A DNA stretch of 32,000 nt from Cupriavidus necator (GTDB lineage Bacteria > Pseudomonadota > Gammaproteobacteria > Burkholderiales > Burkholderiaceae). The notes beneath the pieces were generated by a model. That model had not been told where the DNA came from. It worked only from the letters and a program-made list of their open reading frames with translations, and did not search any database. The stretch covers positions 930,001 through 962,000 of the forward strand of contig NZ_CP066018.1 in the NCBI RefSeq assembly GCF_016127575.1. Reading direction: 5' to 3'. This document shows positions 18,112 to 26,402 of this stretch, piece by piece (position 1 is the first letter of the stretch; every line of letters begins with the position of its first letter). The translations under genes and the position numbers were made by a program.

Positions 18112-18699
18112 TTACCAGTAACGCACGCGCCCGGTATCGATGTGCACGAACTGGTCAGACTCATAGAAGCCGACGCCCCCGCCCTGCAATGACTTGGCCG
18201 CGTCGCGCACGTCCGCCAGCGGCACGCCGGCCAGGCGGATGTCGATGGCCTTGCCGTCCATGTGCAGGCTGTGCCTGGCCACGCCGCCGCCGCGCGTGTT
18301 GCGCAGGCGCGAATTGGTGGTCGGACTGCGGTAGCCGGAAATGACCTGGAACGGCTGGTCGGTGCCAAGCTCGCGGCGGACCTGGAACAGCAGGTCGAAC
18401 AGTTGCGGGTCGATCATGCCGACCTTGCCGGAATAGTGGTCGCGCAGGAAGCCGTTGAGCGTAGTCAGCGCGTCGGGCACGAAGCGGTCGCCAACGGCAT
18501 AGACCAACGACACGCGTTCGCCGGTGTGGGTGTGGTCGAACGCCAGCGTGCGGGCGTCCGGCAGGCCAGCCAGGGCCCGGTTTGCAGGCAGGCCTGCCAG
18601 CGCCTGGCGCGGCGCCAGCGGCATCAGGCCGGCGGCAAGGGCCAGGCCTCCGGCGGTATGAAGAAAGCGGCGGCGTGCCTGGCGCGTCGCATCAGTCAT
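18112..18699 (-). CDS. mepK: Tat-exported M15-family peptidoglycan endopeptidase, YcbK/MepK-like (DUF882)
   Basis: It has a twin-arginine signal (RRRFLHTAGGLALAAG) and SGYRSPTTN...HSLHMDGKAIDIRL...FVHIDTG (zinc-binding H/D/H pattern). It lies directly downstream of an ldtD-like gene, as in E. coli ycbB-ycbK. Confidence 0.8.
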   Translation of the reverse strand: MTDATRQARRRFLHTAGGLALAAGLMPLAPRQALAGLPANRALAGLPDARTLAFDHTHTGERVSLVYAVGDRFVPDALTTLNGFLRDHYSGKVGMIDPQLFDLLFQVRRELGTDQPFQVISGYRSPTTNSRLRNTRGGGVARHSLHMDGKAIDIRLAGVPLADVRDAAKSLQGGGVGFYESDQFVHIDTGRVRYW

Positions 18700-18729
18700 G
18701 GTACTTCCTCTGAATGTGCCAGTGGCGCC

Positions 18730-20322
18730 TCAGCGGGTGGTGCCAGAGGCGCTTGCAATAGCTGGTTGCTGGGGCCGTCCGTTGCGTTGCCGCAGTGCCT
18801 TCTCCAGCAATTTGTCGTGACCGTAAATGTCAGGCAAGAAGGATACACGACCATCGGCGCGCGCAATGACCGTGCCGTAGGCCAGCACCACCGGCAAGGG
18901 CTGCTGCAGGCGCACCGTATTGGACTTGCCACGCGTCATCGCTTCGCGGATCCGGGTCTCGTTCCAGTCCGGCATATCGTGCAACACGAACTGGGCCAAT
19001 GCTACTGGGGCTTCCACGCGGATGCAGCCATGACTGAAGTCGCGCCGGCCGCGCTTGAACAGCTGCGGCGAGGGCGTGTGGTGCAGGTAGATGTTCTCGT
19101 TGTTGGGAAACACGAACTTGATATCGCCCAGCGCGTTCAGCGGGCCCGGCCGCTGGCGGATGCGCATGCGGCCGTTCAGCACTGCCTCGAGATTTTCCTC
19201 GGACAGCGTGGTCACGGCCTTGCCGTCGCCGGTGACGAACTCCAGGCCCTGCCGGTTGAAATAGGCCGGATCGCGGCGCAGGTGCGGCACGGTCTCGCGG
19301 CGCGCGATCGAGGGCGGGATGTTCCAGTACGGGCTGAACTCGATGTAGCGCATATCCTCCTCGAACAACGGCGTGCGCGTATCCAGTGCCTTGCCCACGA
19401 TCACCTTCATCTCGAGCTTGATGTCGAGCTTGCCGTCGCGGATCTCATAGGCGCGCAGCATGAATTCCGGCACATTGACCACGATCATGCGCGGACCGTC
19501 CAGCGGCGTCCAGCGCAGCCGCTCCATGGTCAGTTCGATTTGCCGCACACGGCTGGCGATGGGCAGGTTGAGTTGTGCCAGCGTGGCCGCGCCGATCACG
19601 CCGTCGGCCTCCAGGCCGTGGCGCGACTGGAACGCCTTGACGCCGTCGACCAGGGTCCCTTCGTAGCGGGCCGGCACCTGGGTGCCGGCGGGCAGGTCGC
19701 CCAGCGCAACCAGGCGTGCAGCCAGCGCCGCGGCACCGGCCCAGGGCTGGCCCGGCGTCAGCTTGCTCGCCGGCAAGGGTGGCAGCGGCTGCCCCCAGGC
19801 CGGCTGCTTCGCGATCTCGCGGTACCGCGCCAGGGCCTCCCGCAGCGTGCCATAGAGCGGGAAGGTGGGCGCTGCCTGGCGGATGGCATCGGGCAGCCGT
19901 TGCTGCCTGACGGCATCGCGCAGCCAGATGGCGGCATCGAAGGGCCGTTCCGCCTGCGGGGCAAAGTTGGCATGGACCGCGCGCGGGTTGACGCGCCCGC
20001 CGTGCAGGTCTGCCAGCATCCGCTCCATCGCGGCGCTCAGCGCCGCATCCACGCGTGCGGCAGCGTCCGGCGGCAATGCTGGCCCGCTGGCGGCCTGGGC
20101 CACGGCCTGGCGCAAGGCGTCGGCATCGTAGTCGCGCGGGTCGAGGCCGTCGGCCGCGGCCGCGGCCAGCGCATCGACGGCCTGGCGGGCCGCCGGCACC
20201 GGTCGGCCCTGCGCAAACCACATCGGTTCGTTGGCGAAGGCAGGCGTGGCCTGGCATGCGGCGGCACAGGCAAGCACGACAGCGCCCAGGCGGCGTGCGG
20301 CGGCATTCAGGGTCGGTGGCAT
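18730..20322 (-). CDS. ldtD: L,D-transpeptidase, YcbB/LdtD-like
   Basis: It has a signal peptide, a PG-binding repeat (VKAFQSRHGLEADGVIGAATLAQLN) and a YkuD catalytic domain with HHTPSPQLFKRGRRDFSHGCIRVEAP. Confidence 0.85.
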   Translation of the reverse strand: MPPTLNAAARRLGAVVLACAAACQATPAFANEPMWFAQGRPVPAARQAVDALAAAAADGLDPRDYDADALRQAVAQAASGPALPPDAAARVDAALSAAMERMLADLHGGRVNPRAVHANFAPQAERPFDAAIWLRDAVRQQRLPDAIRQAAPTFPLYGTLREALARYREIAKQPAWGQPLPPLPASKLTPGQPWAGAAALAARLVALGDLPAGTQVPARYEGTLVDGVKAFQSRHGLEADGVIGAATLAQLNLPIASRVRQIELTMERLRWTPLDGPRMIVVNVPEFMLRAYEIRDGKLDIKLEMKVIVGKALDTRTPLFEEDMRYIEFSPYWNIPPSIARRETVPHLRRDPAYFNRQGLEFVTGDGKAVTTLSEENLEAVLNGRMRIRQRPGPLNALGDIKFVFPNNENIYLHHTPSPQLFKRGRRDFSHGCIRVEAPVALAQFVLHDMPDWNETRIREAMTRGKSNTVRLQQPLPVVLAYGTVIARADGRVSFLPDIYGHDKLLEKALRQRNGRPQQPAIASASGTTR

Positions 20323-20406
20323 CGGGCGAAAAGTTCGGATTCGTCACACACGCCAACAGTCTACCCGCGATGGCGGCATGGTGCCGCAAGCCGCCCGGGG
20401 TGCGCG

Positions 20407-21033
20407 TTACCACACCAGCTGATGCCGGCGCGCGTAGTCCACCATTTCGACCAGGGAGCCGACATTGAGCTTGGCCATGATGTTGGCCTTGTGCGTGCTG
20501 ACCGTCTTGCTGCTGATCAGCAGTTGCGCCGCGATCGACTTGTTGGAATGGCCGCGCGCCAGGTATTGCAGGATGGTGATCTCGCGGTTGCTCAGCCGCG
20601 CAAAGCCGGATTCCCGCTGCTCGCCGATCTGGCGCACGGTTTCCAGCGTATGCATGGGAAAGACCAGGTAGCCGCTCAGCACACCGCGTACGGCCTGCAT
20701 CACCTCGGCCAGCCCACGCTGCTTGACCACGAAGCCATGGGCGCCGGCGCGCAGCGCCCGCACCGAGGCCAGGGTGGCGTCGCTGTCGGACAGTACCAGC
20801 AAGGGCACGGTGGGCTGCGTCGCCGAGACGCACCGGACAAAGTCGATGCCGGGATTGCCGAAGCACTCGATATCGACCAGCACCAGCCCCGGCCGTTGCT
20901 CGCGGACCAGCCGGAATGCTTCCTGCATGCCGTCCATTTCCAGTACTTCACCGGCGCCCAACTCAGCGCGGATTTCAGCGGACAGCGTGGTGCGGAACCG
21001 GGAGGGTTCGTCGACGATCAGCGCGAGATGCAA
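20407..21033 (-). CDS. orphan NarL/FixJ (LuxR-type HTH) response regulator
   Basis: A receiver domain (LALIVDE...LVLVDIE...LVLSDS...FVVK) is followed by the HTH LSNREITILQYLARGHSNKSIAAQLLISSKTVSTHKANIMAKL. The TTG start at 21033 has AAGGAG 7 nt upstream. No kinase gene is adjacent. Confidence 0.85.
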   Translation of the reverse strand: MHLALIVDEPSRFRTTLSAEIRAELGAGEVLEMDGMQEAFRLVREQRPGLVLVDIECFGNPGIDFVRCVSATQPTVPLLVLSDSDATLASVRALRAGAHGFVVKQRGLAEVMQAVRGVLSGYLVFPMHTLETVRQIGEQRESGFARLSNREITILQYLARGHSNKSIAAQLLISSKTVSTHKANIMAKLNVGSLVEMVDYARRHQLVW

Positions 21034-21194
21034 TTTGAGGCTCCTTAACGACTTGCATGGCTTGGCCTGGTGCCAAGGTTAAGGGGCCGGAGAGATCCTG
21101 ATGCGCCGAATCCTCGCCGCGCAGATGCGGCAAAATCTGCATCAGAGTCAGACTCTTCTGCATCGCTGTTTTCGTATCGATGCCGCGGTCGGCG

Positions 21195-21476
21195 TTACCC
21201 GTTGGCAGCGTCGAGGACTTCAGTCAGCTTGCGGCTGGCATCCAGCGCCGCGGGGAATCCGCAGTAGATCGCGCTGTGCACCATCAGTTCGCGCAGTTCC
21301 TGCGGCGTAACGCCATTGGCGAGCGCGCCGCGCAGATGCCCGGCCAGCTCCTGCGGCCGGTTCAGCGCAATCAGCATCGACACCAGGCTGCGCTGCTTGC
21401 GGTCCAGGCCGTCGCGAGTCCAGACCGTGCCCCAGGCGAACTCCGTCACCAGTTGCTGCAGGCTGGGTTCGGCCAT
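21195..21476 (-). CDS. short carboxymuconolactone-decarboxylase (CMD/AhpD-like) family protein, apparently N-terminally truncated
   Basis: EFAWGTVWTRDGLDRKQRSLVSMLIALNRPQELAGHLRGALANGVTPQELRELMVHSAIYCGFPAA matches the CMD core. The ORF is only 93 aa from ATG 21476 (GGAGA 9 nt upstream). Confidence 0.6.
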   Translation of the reverse strand: MAEPSLQQLVTEFAWGTVWTRDGLDRKQRSLVSMLIALNRPQELAGHLRGALANGVTPQELRELMVHSAIYCGFPAALDASRKLTEVLDAANG

Positions 21477-21568
21477 GGCATGGGTCTCCGGTCTGGGTGG
21501 ATGCCGCATGGTAGCCGAACCGATCAAGCCGATTCGAGAGGCCGCGGCATCGGTGCCGCGGCCCCAGG

Positions 21569-22636
21569 TCATTCCGTGCCCGCGGGCAGGAAGCGCGGCG
21601 CCGGCGCCGAACGCGGCACCTCGCGCTCGCCCTGCCGGTACAGCCGATACGTGCCGCGTGCCTGGTTGTGCGGATGGCGCGCGGCCTCGTCCAGGGTCAG
21701 CACGCGCGCAAAGCACACGTCGGTGCCGCCCAGCAACGCCTCCCACTGAGTGCTTGACTTGCCTGCGATGCAAGCGGCAATGCGGGCCTTCACCGCGGGC
21801 CACTGGGCACGGTCATACTGCGTGGCGGGGTCGATGTCGGTCAGCTCGAGCCGCTCGAGCAGCTCGCGGTAGAACTGCGGCTCGAGCGCGCCCAGCGTGA
21901 TGGCGCGGCCGTCGGCGCAAGGGAAAACGTCATAGAACGGCGAATCGTGGAAGGGGCTCGGTTGCGGGCCGCCGAGCGTGCCGGCTGCGCGCGACACCTG
22001 CACCAGCGAGCCCAGCATGGCGACGATATCGGTGATGGCCGCATCCACCACGCAGCCCTCGCCGCTTGCGCGCGCGCTCAGGATGGCGCTGGTGATGCCG
22101 AATGCCAGGCCAAGCGCGCCGGTGGCATCGCCCATCACGGTCGGCGGCACCATCGGCAGTGAGCCTTCGCGCGCAGCCATCGACAAGAGGCCGGTCAGCG
22201 CGATGTAGTTGAGGTCGTGGCCGGCGCTTTGCGACAGCGGGCCGGTCTGGCCCCAACCGGTCATGCGCCCGTAGACCAGGCGCGGATTGCGTGCATGGCA
22301 CGCCTTCGGGCCCAGGCCGAGGCGCTCCATCGCGCCCGGGCGCAGCCCTTCGATCAGCGCGTCGGCGCCGGCCACCAGGTCCAGTGCGGCGGCCACGTCG
22401 TCCGCAGACTTCAGGTTCAGTTGCACCACGCGCTTGCCGTGCTCCAGCTCCATCTCAGGCGGCACGGGCTGGCCGCGCAGGATGCGGCGGGCATCCGGCG
22501 CGACCGGCCGGGTCACCAGCGTGACCTCGGCGCCCAGGCCAGCCAGCATCGCACCGCACAACGGGCCGGGGCCGATGCCTTCGAATTCCACCACCTTGAT
22601 ACCGCGCAGGGGCAGCAGGTTGCCACGCTCACTCAT
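21569..22636 (-). CDS. family III (CaiB/BaiF-type) CoA-transferase
   Basis: LRGIKVVEFEGIGPGPLCGAMLAGLGAEV...NLKS...GWGQTGP...AGHDLNYIALTG are family III hallmarks. The start is trimmed to ATG 22636, with GGAGAC upstream. Confidence 0.85.
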   Translation of the reverse strand: MSERGNLLPLRGIKVVEFEGIGPGPLCGAMLAGLGAEVTLVTRPVAPDARRILRGQPVPPEMELEHGKRVVQLNLKSADDVAAALDLVAGADALIEGLRPGAMERLGLGPKACHARNPRLVYGRMTGWGQTGPLSQSAGHDLNYIALTGLLSMAAREGSLPMVPPTVMGDATGALGLAFGITSAILSARASGEGCVVDAAITDIVAMLGSLVQVSRAAGTLGGPQPSPFHDSPFYDVFPCADGRAITLGALEPQFYRELLERLELTDIDPATQYDRAQWPAVKARIAACIAGKSSTQWEALLGGTDVCFARVLTLDEAARHPHNQARGTYRLYRQGEREVPRSAPAPRFLPAGTE

Positions 22637-22987
22637 GATCGTCGTCTCCGGAATCGCCGCCCGCCCGGGCCATGGCCGGGGGACAGCTTGCATTGAATTG
22701 GTATGGGATGGGCCGTGCCTGCGGCAGCGCGGACGTGCCAATGCCTGCCGCGGGGCTCGGGAGCATGCTACGCGCCACGGCGTTGACGGGGCAATGGCCA
22801 AATGCTTCAGCCGGCTTGACGGAATCCGTCAGCCGGCCGGCTATCGCACGGCGAAATCGGATAAATCCGATCCGACTTGATCTAAATCGGGTCCTGGCAG
22901 GACACTAGGTGCCATGATGGTTCCAGATGGCGGTGCCGCCTCATGGCGCACCGCCTGCCGACAGCCCCCATCCAGGAGATTTCCAAC

Positions 22988-23428
22988 ATGACCAATATCG
23001 TGCTCGCCACCGACGGTTCGGCCTTCAGCGACGCCGCGGCCCGTTTTATCGCCGAAGGCAAGCTGCTGCAGAGCGGCTTCACAGTGCATGTCGTGCATGT
23101 GGCGCCGGAAGTAAGCGGCCAGGTGCGCGCCTTTGTCAGCAAGGAGACCATCGATGACTGGCACAAGGAGGCCAGCGAGAAGGCCATGGCGACGGTCTGC
23201 GAGATCCTGTCCGCAGCCAAGGTGCCGTTCGAGCGGCACCCGCTGCACGGCTTCGCGCCGGAGCGCATCGTCGCCTGTGCGCGCTCGGTCGACGCCGCGG
23301 CCATTGTGATGGGTACGCATGGCCGCGGTTCGTTCTTCGATGCGGTGATCGGTTCAGTCGCAGGCCGCGTGCTGGCGCAGGCAGAGTGCCCGGTGCTGCT
23401 GGTCAAGGCGCCGGAAAAGAAGGGTTGA
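22988..23428 (+). CDS. universal stress protein (UspA family)
   Basis: IVLATDGS...VHVVHV...IVMGTHGRGSFFDAVIGSVAGRVLAQAECPVLLVK. AGGAG lies 9 nt upstream of ATG 22988. Confidence 0.85.
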   Translation: MTNIVLATDGSAFSDAAARFIAEGKLLQSGFTVHVVHVAPEVSGQVRAFVSKETIDDWHKEASEKAMATVCEILSAAKVPFERHPLHGFAPERIVACARSVDAAAIVMGTHGRGSFFDAVIGSVAGRVLAQAECPVLLVKAPEKKG

Positions 23429-23440
23429 GCAAATTAGTGG

Positions 23441-23464
23441 AAAACCGGCGCCCTGGCGGCGCCG
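23441..23464 (-). terminator. possible terminator shared by convergent uspA and srkA
   Basis: A 7-bp stem CGGCGCC/GGCGCCG has a 5-nt loop. AAAA on the plus side gives UUUU downstream on the minus strand. Confidence 0.35.
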
Positions 23465-23475
23465 ACCGGTAGACC

Positions 23476-24522
23476 TCAGGCGCCCCACAGGGGCGCTTCG
23501 TCCATCAGCGCCACCTGTTCGCGCAGTTCGAGGATGCGATCCTGCCAGTAGCGCGCCGTGCCGAACCAAGGGAACGCGGCCGGAAAGGCCGGGTCGGCCC
23601 AGCGGCTGGCGAGCCAGGCGCTGTAGTGCAGCAGCCGCAGCGTGCGCAGCGCTTCCACCAGCCACAGTTCGCGCGGCTGGAATTCGGCGAAGTCCTCATA
23701 GCCGGCAACGATGTCGGCCAGCTGGTCCTGCATGGCCGCGCGGTCGCCCTCGAGCAGCATCCAGATGTCCTGGATCGCCGGCGCCATTCGGCTGTCATCG
23801 AAGTCAACGAAATGCGGGCCCGTTGCGCCATGGGTGCCGCCGCGCGCGTCGTCCTCGCCGATCCACAGCACATTGCCGCGATGGCAGTCGCCGTGGGTGC
23901 GCAGCAGGCGCACCTCGCCGGCGCGCTCATAGCAGCGGCGCACGCCGTCCAGCGCCAGGTCGGCCACCGATTGCCATGCGGGCAGCAGGTCGGCGGGAAT
24001 GCAGCCGCTGGCGAGCAGCCAGTCGCGTGGGGCAACGCCGAAGGTTTCAAGATTTAGCGCCGGGCGCGCCTGGTAGGGCTGCGTCGCCCCCAGCGCGTGG
24101 ATGCGGCCGATGAAGCGGCCGAGCCAGGTCAGCGTGTCGGAACGGTCCAGCGCCGGCTCGCGGCCGCCGCAGCGGGGGAATACCGCGAAACGGAAGCCGG
24201 CGTGATGCAGCAGCGTGCCGGCCGCGCCCGGTGCCAGCACCATGGCCGGCACGGCCGGGATCTCGGCATCGGCCAGTTGCTGCACGAAGGCGTGTTCTTC
24301 CAGGATGGCCGCATCGGTCCAGCGGCCCGGACGGTAGAACTTGGCGATGACCGGCGCGGCATCTTCGATGCCCAGCTGCCAGACGCGGTTCTCATAGCTG
24401 TTGAGCGCCAGCAGGCGCCCGTCGGGGCGCAGGCCGGCGCCTTCCAGCGCGTCCAGCATCAGCTCCGGCGTCAGGCCGGCGTAGGGAACGCCGGGGTCGG
24501 CCGGGGTGTCGGACGCGTGCAT
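23476..24522 (-). CDS. srkA: stress-response Ser/Thr kinase SrkA (YihE/RdoA family)
   Basis: LNSYENRVWQLG...VIAKFYRPGRW...LRTHGDCHRGNVLW...HFVDFDD is characteristic of YihE/RdoA. Confidence 0.85.
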   Translation of the reverse strand: MHASDTPADPGVPYAGLTPELMLDALEGAGLRPDGRLLALNSYENRVWQLGIEDAAPVIAKFYRPGRWTDAAILEEHAFVQQLADAEIPAVPAMVLAPGAAGTLLHHAGFRFAVFPRCGGREPALDRSDTLTWLGRFIGRIHALGATQPYQARPALNLETFGVAPRDWLLASGCIPADLLPAWQSVADLALDGVRRCYERAGEVRLLRTHGDCHRGNVLWIGEDDARGGTHGATGPHFVDFDDSRMAPAIQDIWMLLEGDRAAMQDQLADIVAGYEDFAEFQPRELWLVEALRTLRLLHYSAWLASRWADPAFPAAFPWFGTARYWQDRILELREQVALMDEAPLWGA

Positions 24523-24540
24523 GGTGTCAGCCTGTCCCGC

Positions 24541-26103
24541 TCAGCGCGCCGGCTTGCGGTTGCCGCCGAGCAGCGCGGCCTGCGGCGCCGGACGGCGATT
24601 GCGCGCCGGTGCCGGGGCCGCGTCGTGCGGCTGGCGCGCGGGTTGCGCCGCGGCCCGTTGCTGGCGCGCCGGCTCCTGGCCGTCGCGGCGCGGTGCGGGA
24701 TTGCGCGCGCCGCCGGCGGGCTGGCCGCCACGGTTGCCGTTGGCTGCACCGTTGCCGCGCTGGCCGCCCTGGGCTTGCCGCGGCGCAGCCTGCGCTTCGC
24801 GCGCCGGGCGCTGGCGCTGGGCGCCCTCACCTTCGTTGCCGGCCGGACGCGCCTGGGCGCGTCCGCGGCCCTGGCCTTGTCCTTGCCCCTGGCCACCACC
24901 GCCACGCTGTTGGCGACCCTTCTGGATCGGCTCGGGTGCGATGCTCGGGTCGACCTCGAAGCCCGGCAGCACAGTCTGCTCGAGCTTGCGCTTGATCAGG
25001 CGTTCGATATCGCGCAGCAGCGCAATCTCGTCCACGCAGACCAGCGAGATCGCTTCGCCCTCGGCGCCGGCGCGGCCAGTGCGGCCGATGCGGTGCACAT
25101 AGTCCTCGGGCACGTTGGGCAGGTCGAAATTGACCACGTGCGGCAGCTGGTCGATATCGATGCCGCGCGCGGCGATATCGGTTGCCACCAGCAGCCGCAG
25201 CGTGCCGGACTTGAATTCCGACAGCGCGCGCGTGCGCGCCGACTGGCTCTTGTTGCCATGGATCGCCAGTGCCGACAGGCCGTCCTTGGTCAGCTGCTCG
25301 GCCAGGCGGTTGGCGCCGTGCTTGGTGCGGGTGAACACCAGCACCTGGTGCCAGTCATGCTGACGCACCAGGTGGGCCAGCAGTTCACGCTTGCGCTCGC
25401 GATCCACCGGGTAGACGCGCTGGTCCACGGTCTCGGCCGTGGTATTGCGCCGCGCCACCTCGATCGAGGCCGGGTTGTTCAGCAGGCGGTCTGCCAGCGC
25501 GCGGATGTCGTCGGAGAACGTCGCCGAGAACAGCAGGTTCTGGCGCTTGGCCGGCAGCACGTTGAGGATCTTGCGGATATCGTGGATGAAGCCCATGTCG
25601 AGCATGCGGTCGGCTTCGTCCAGCACCAGCAGTTCCACCTGCGACAGGTCGATGGTGCGCTGGGACACGTGGTCCAGCAGGCGGCCGGGCGTGGCCACCA
25701 CGATCTCGACGCCGCGCTTGAGCTGCTCGATCTGCGGATTGATGCCGACGCCGCCGAACATCACCATCGAGCGCAGGCGCAGGTACTTGCCGTAGTTGCG
25801 CACGCTCTCCTCGACCTGGGCGGCCAGTTCGCGCGTGGGCGTCAGCACCAGTGCGCGCACCGGCAGGCGGGCCGGACGCTGCGCGCCATTGGCGCCGCGC
25901 GCCGCGGAGTCGGACAGCAGCTGCAGCATCGGCAGCGTAAAGCCGGCGGTCTTGCCGGTGCCGGTCTGCGCGCCGGCGAGCAGGTCGCCGCCCTTGAGGA
26001 TGGCGGGGATCGCCTGGGCCTGGATGGGAGTCGGCGTGGTGTAGCCCTGTTCGGCCACGGCACGCACAATCTTGTCGGACAAGCCGAGTTCAGAAAAAGA
26101 CAT
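24541..26103 (-). CDS. rhlE: DEAD-box ATP-dependent RNA helicase RhlE-like with Arg/Gly/Gln-rich tail
   Basis: It has a Q-motif (TPTPIQ), [14 protein letters not shown], the DEAD box (VLDEADRM), SAT and [10 protein letters not shown]. The start is trimmed from 26382 to ATG 26103. The C-terminal ~130 aa are low complexity. Confidence 0.9.
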   Translation of the reverse strand: MSFSELGLSDKIVRAVAEQGYTTPTPIQAQAIPAILKGGDLLAGAQTGTGKTAGFTLPMLQLLSDSAARGANGAQRPARLPVRALVLTPTRELAAQVEESVRNYGKYLRLRSMVMFGGVGINPQIEQLKRGVEIVVATPGRLLDHVSQRTIDLSQVELLVLDEADRMLDMGFIHDIRKILNVLPAKRQNLLFSATFSDDIRALADRLLNNPASIEVARRNTTAETVDQRVYPVDRERKRELLAHLVRQHDWHQVLVFTRTKHGANRLAEQLTKDGLSALAIHGNKSQSARTRALSEFKSGTLRLLVATDIAARGIDIDQLPHVVNFDLPNVPEDYVHRIGRTGRAGAEGEAISLVCVDEIALLRDIERLIKRKLEQTVLPGFEVDPSIAPEPIQKGRQQRGGGGQGQGQGQGRGRAQARPAGNEGEGAQRQRPAREAQAAPRQAQGGQRGNGAANGNRGGQPAGGARNPAPRRDGQEPARQQRAAAQPARQPHDAAPAPARNRRPAPQAALLGGNRKPAR

Positions 26104-26402
26104 GAATTGCTGCTTGGGCCATCGCTGCGCACGCGGTGCGCCAAACGCCGGATGGCTCCTGGTAATCGGATCGGAATCGGAACGCGAACGCCGGGAAGCC
26201 GGCACGGCAGGGCACCGGCCCGCCCGCGAAGGAAAGAGCGGTAGTGTACCAGTCCGGGACCAGCGGGTTCTGCACCGCGCGCGGCCCCGCATGCGCGCCG
26301 GCGCACATCGGGTCTGCGCGGGTGGCGCTGCGCTATCATGACAGCCTCTGCCCGCCCCTCTCCGGCTCCGCACCCGCTCCACATGTGCCCCGGAAAGCCG
26401 CC

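Noticed and set aside
18262-21048. A 928-aa plus-strand ORF, plus similar long shadow ORFs (8264-10459 +, 24097-26244 +, 26576-28201 +, 16183-17808 -, 14111-15475 -, 11825-13009 +, 1378-2790 +).
   Set aside because: Each lies opposite or out of frame to a gene with a strong family signature (mepK/ldtD, sucCD, rhlE/srkA, ClC, MFS, kinase, recA, M48). Their translations are low-complexity R/A/G/H/Q strings with no motifs. They are high-GC artefacts.
22672-22908. A 78-aa ORF in the CoA-transferase/uspA intergenic region.
   Set aside because: It has mixed third-position composition (ctt, gca, aat, tat, cta, aaa-type codons), no SD and no motifs. It spans the palindromic elements, which are better explained as regulatory DNA.
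26250-26402. A possible fluoride (crcB-motif) riboswitch upstream of the ClC gene.
   Set aside because: The ClC protein is a long CBS-domain type rather than the short ClC-F type. I could not find the conserved fluoride-riboswitch elements in the leader.
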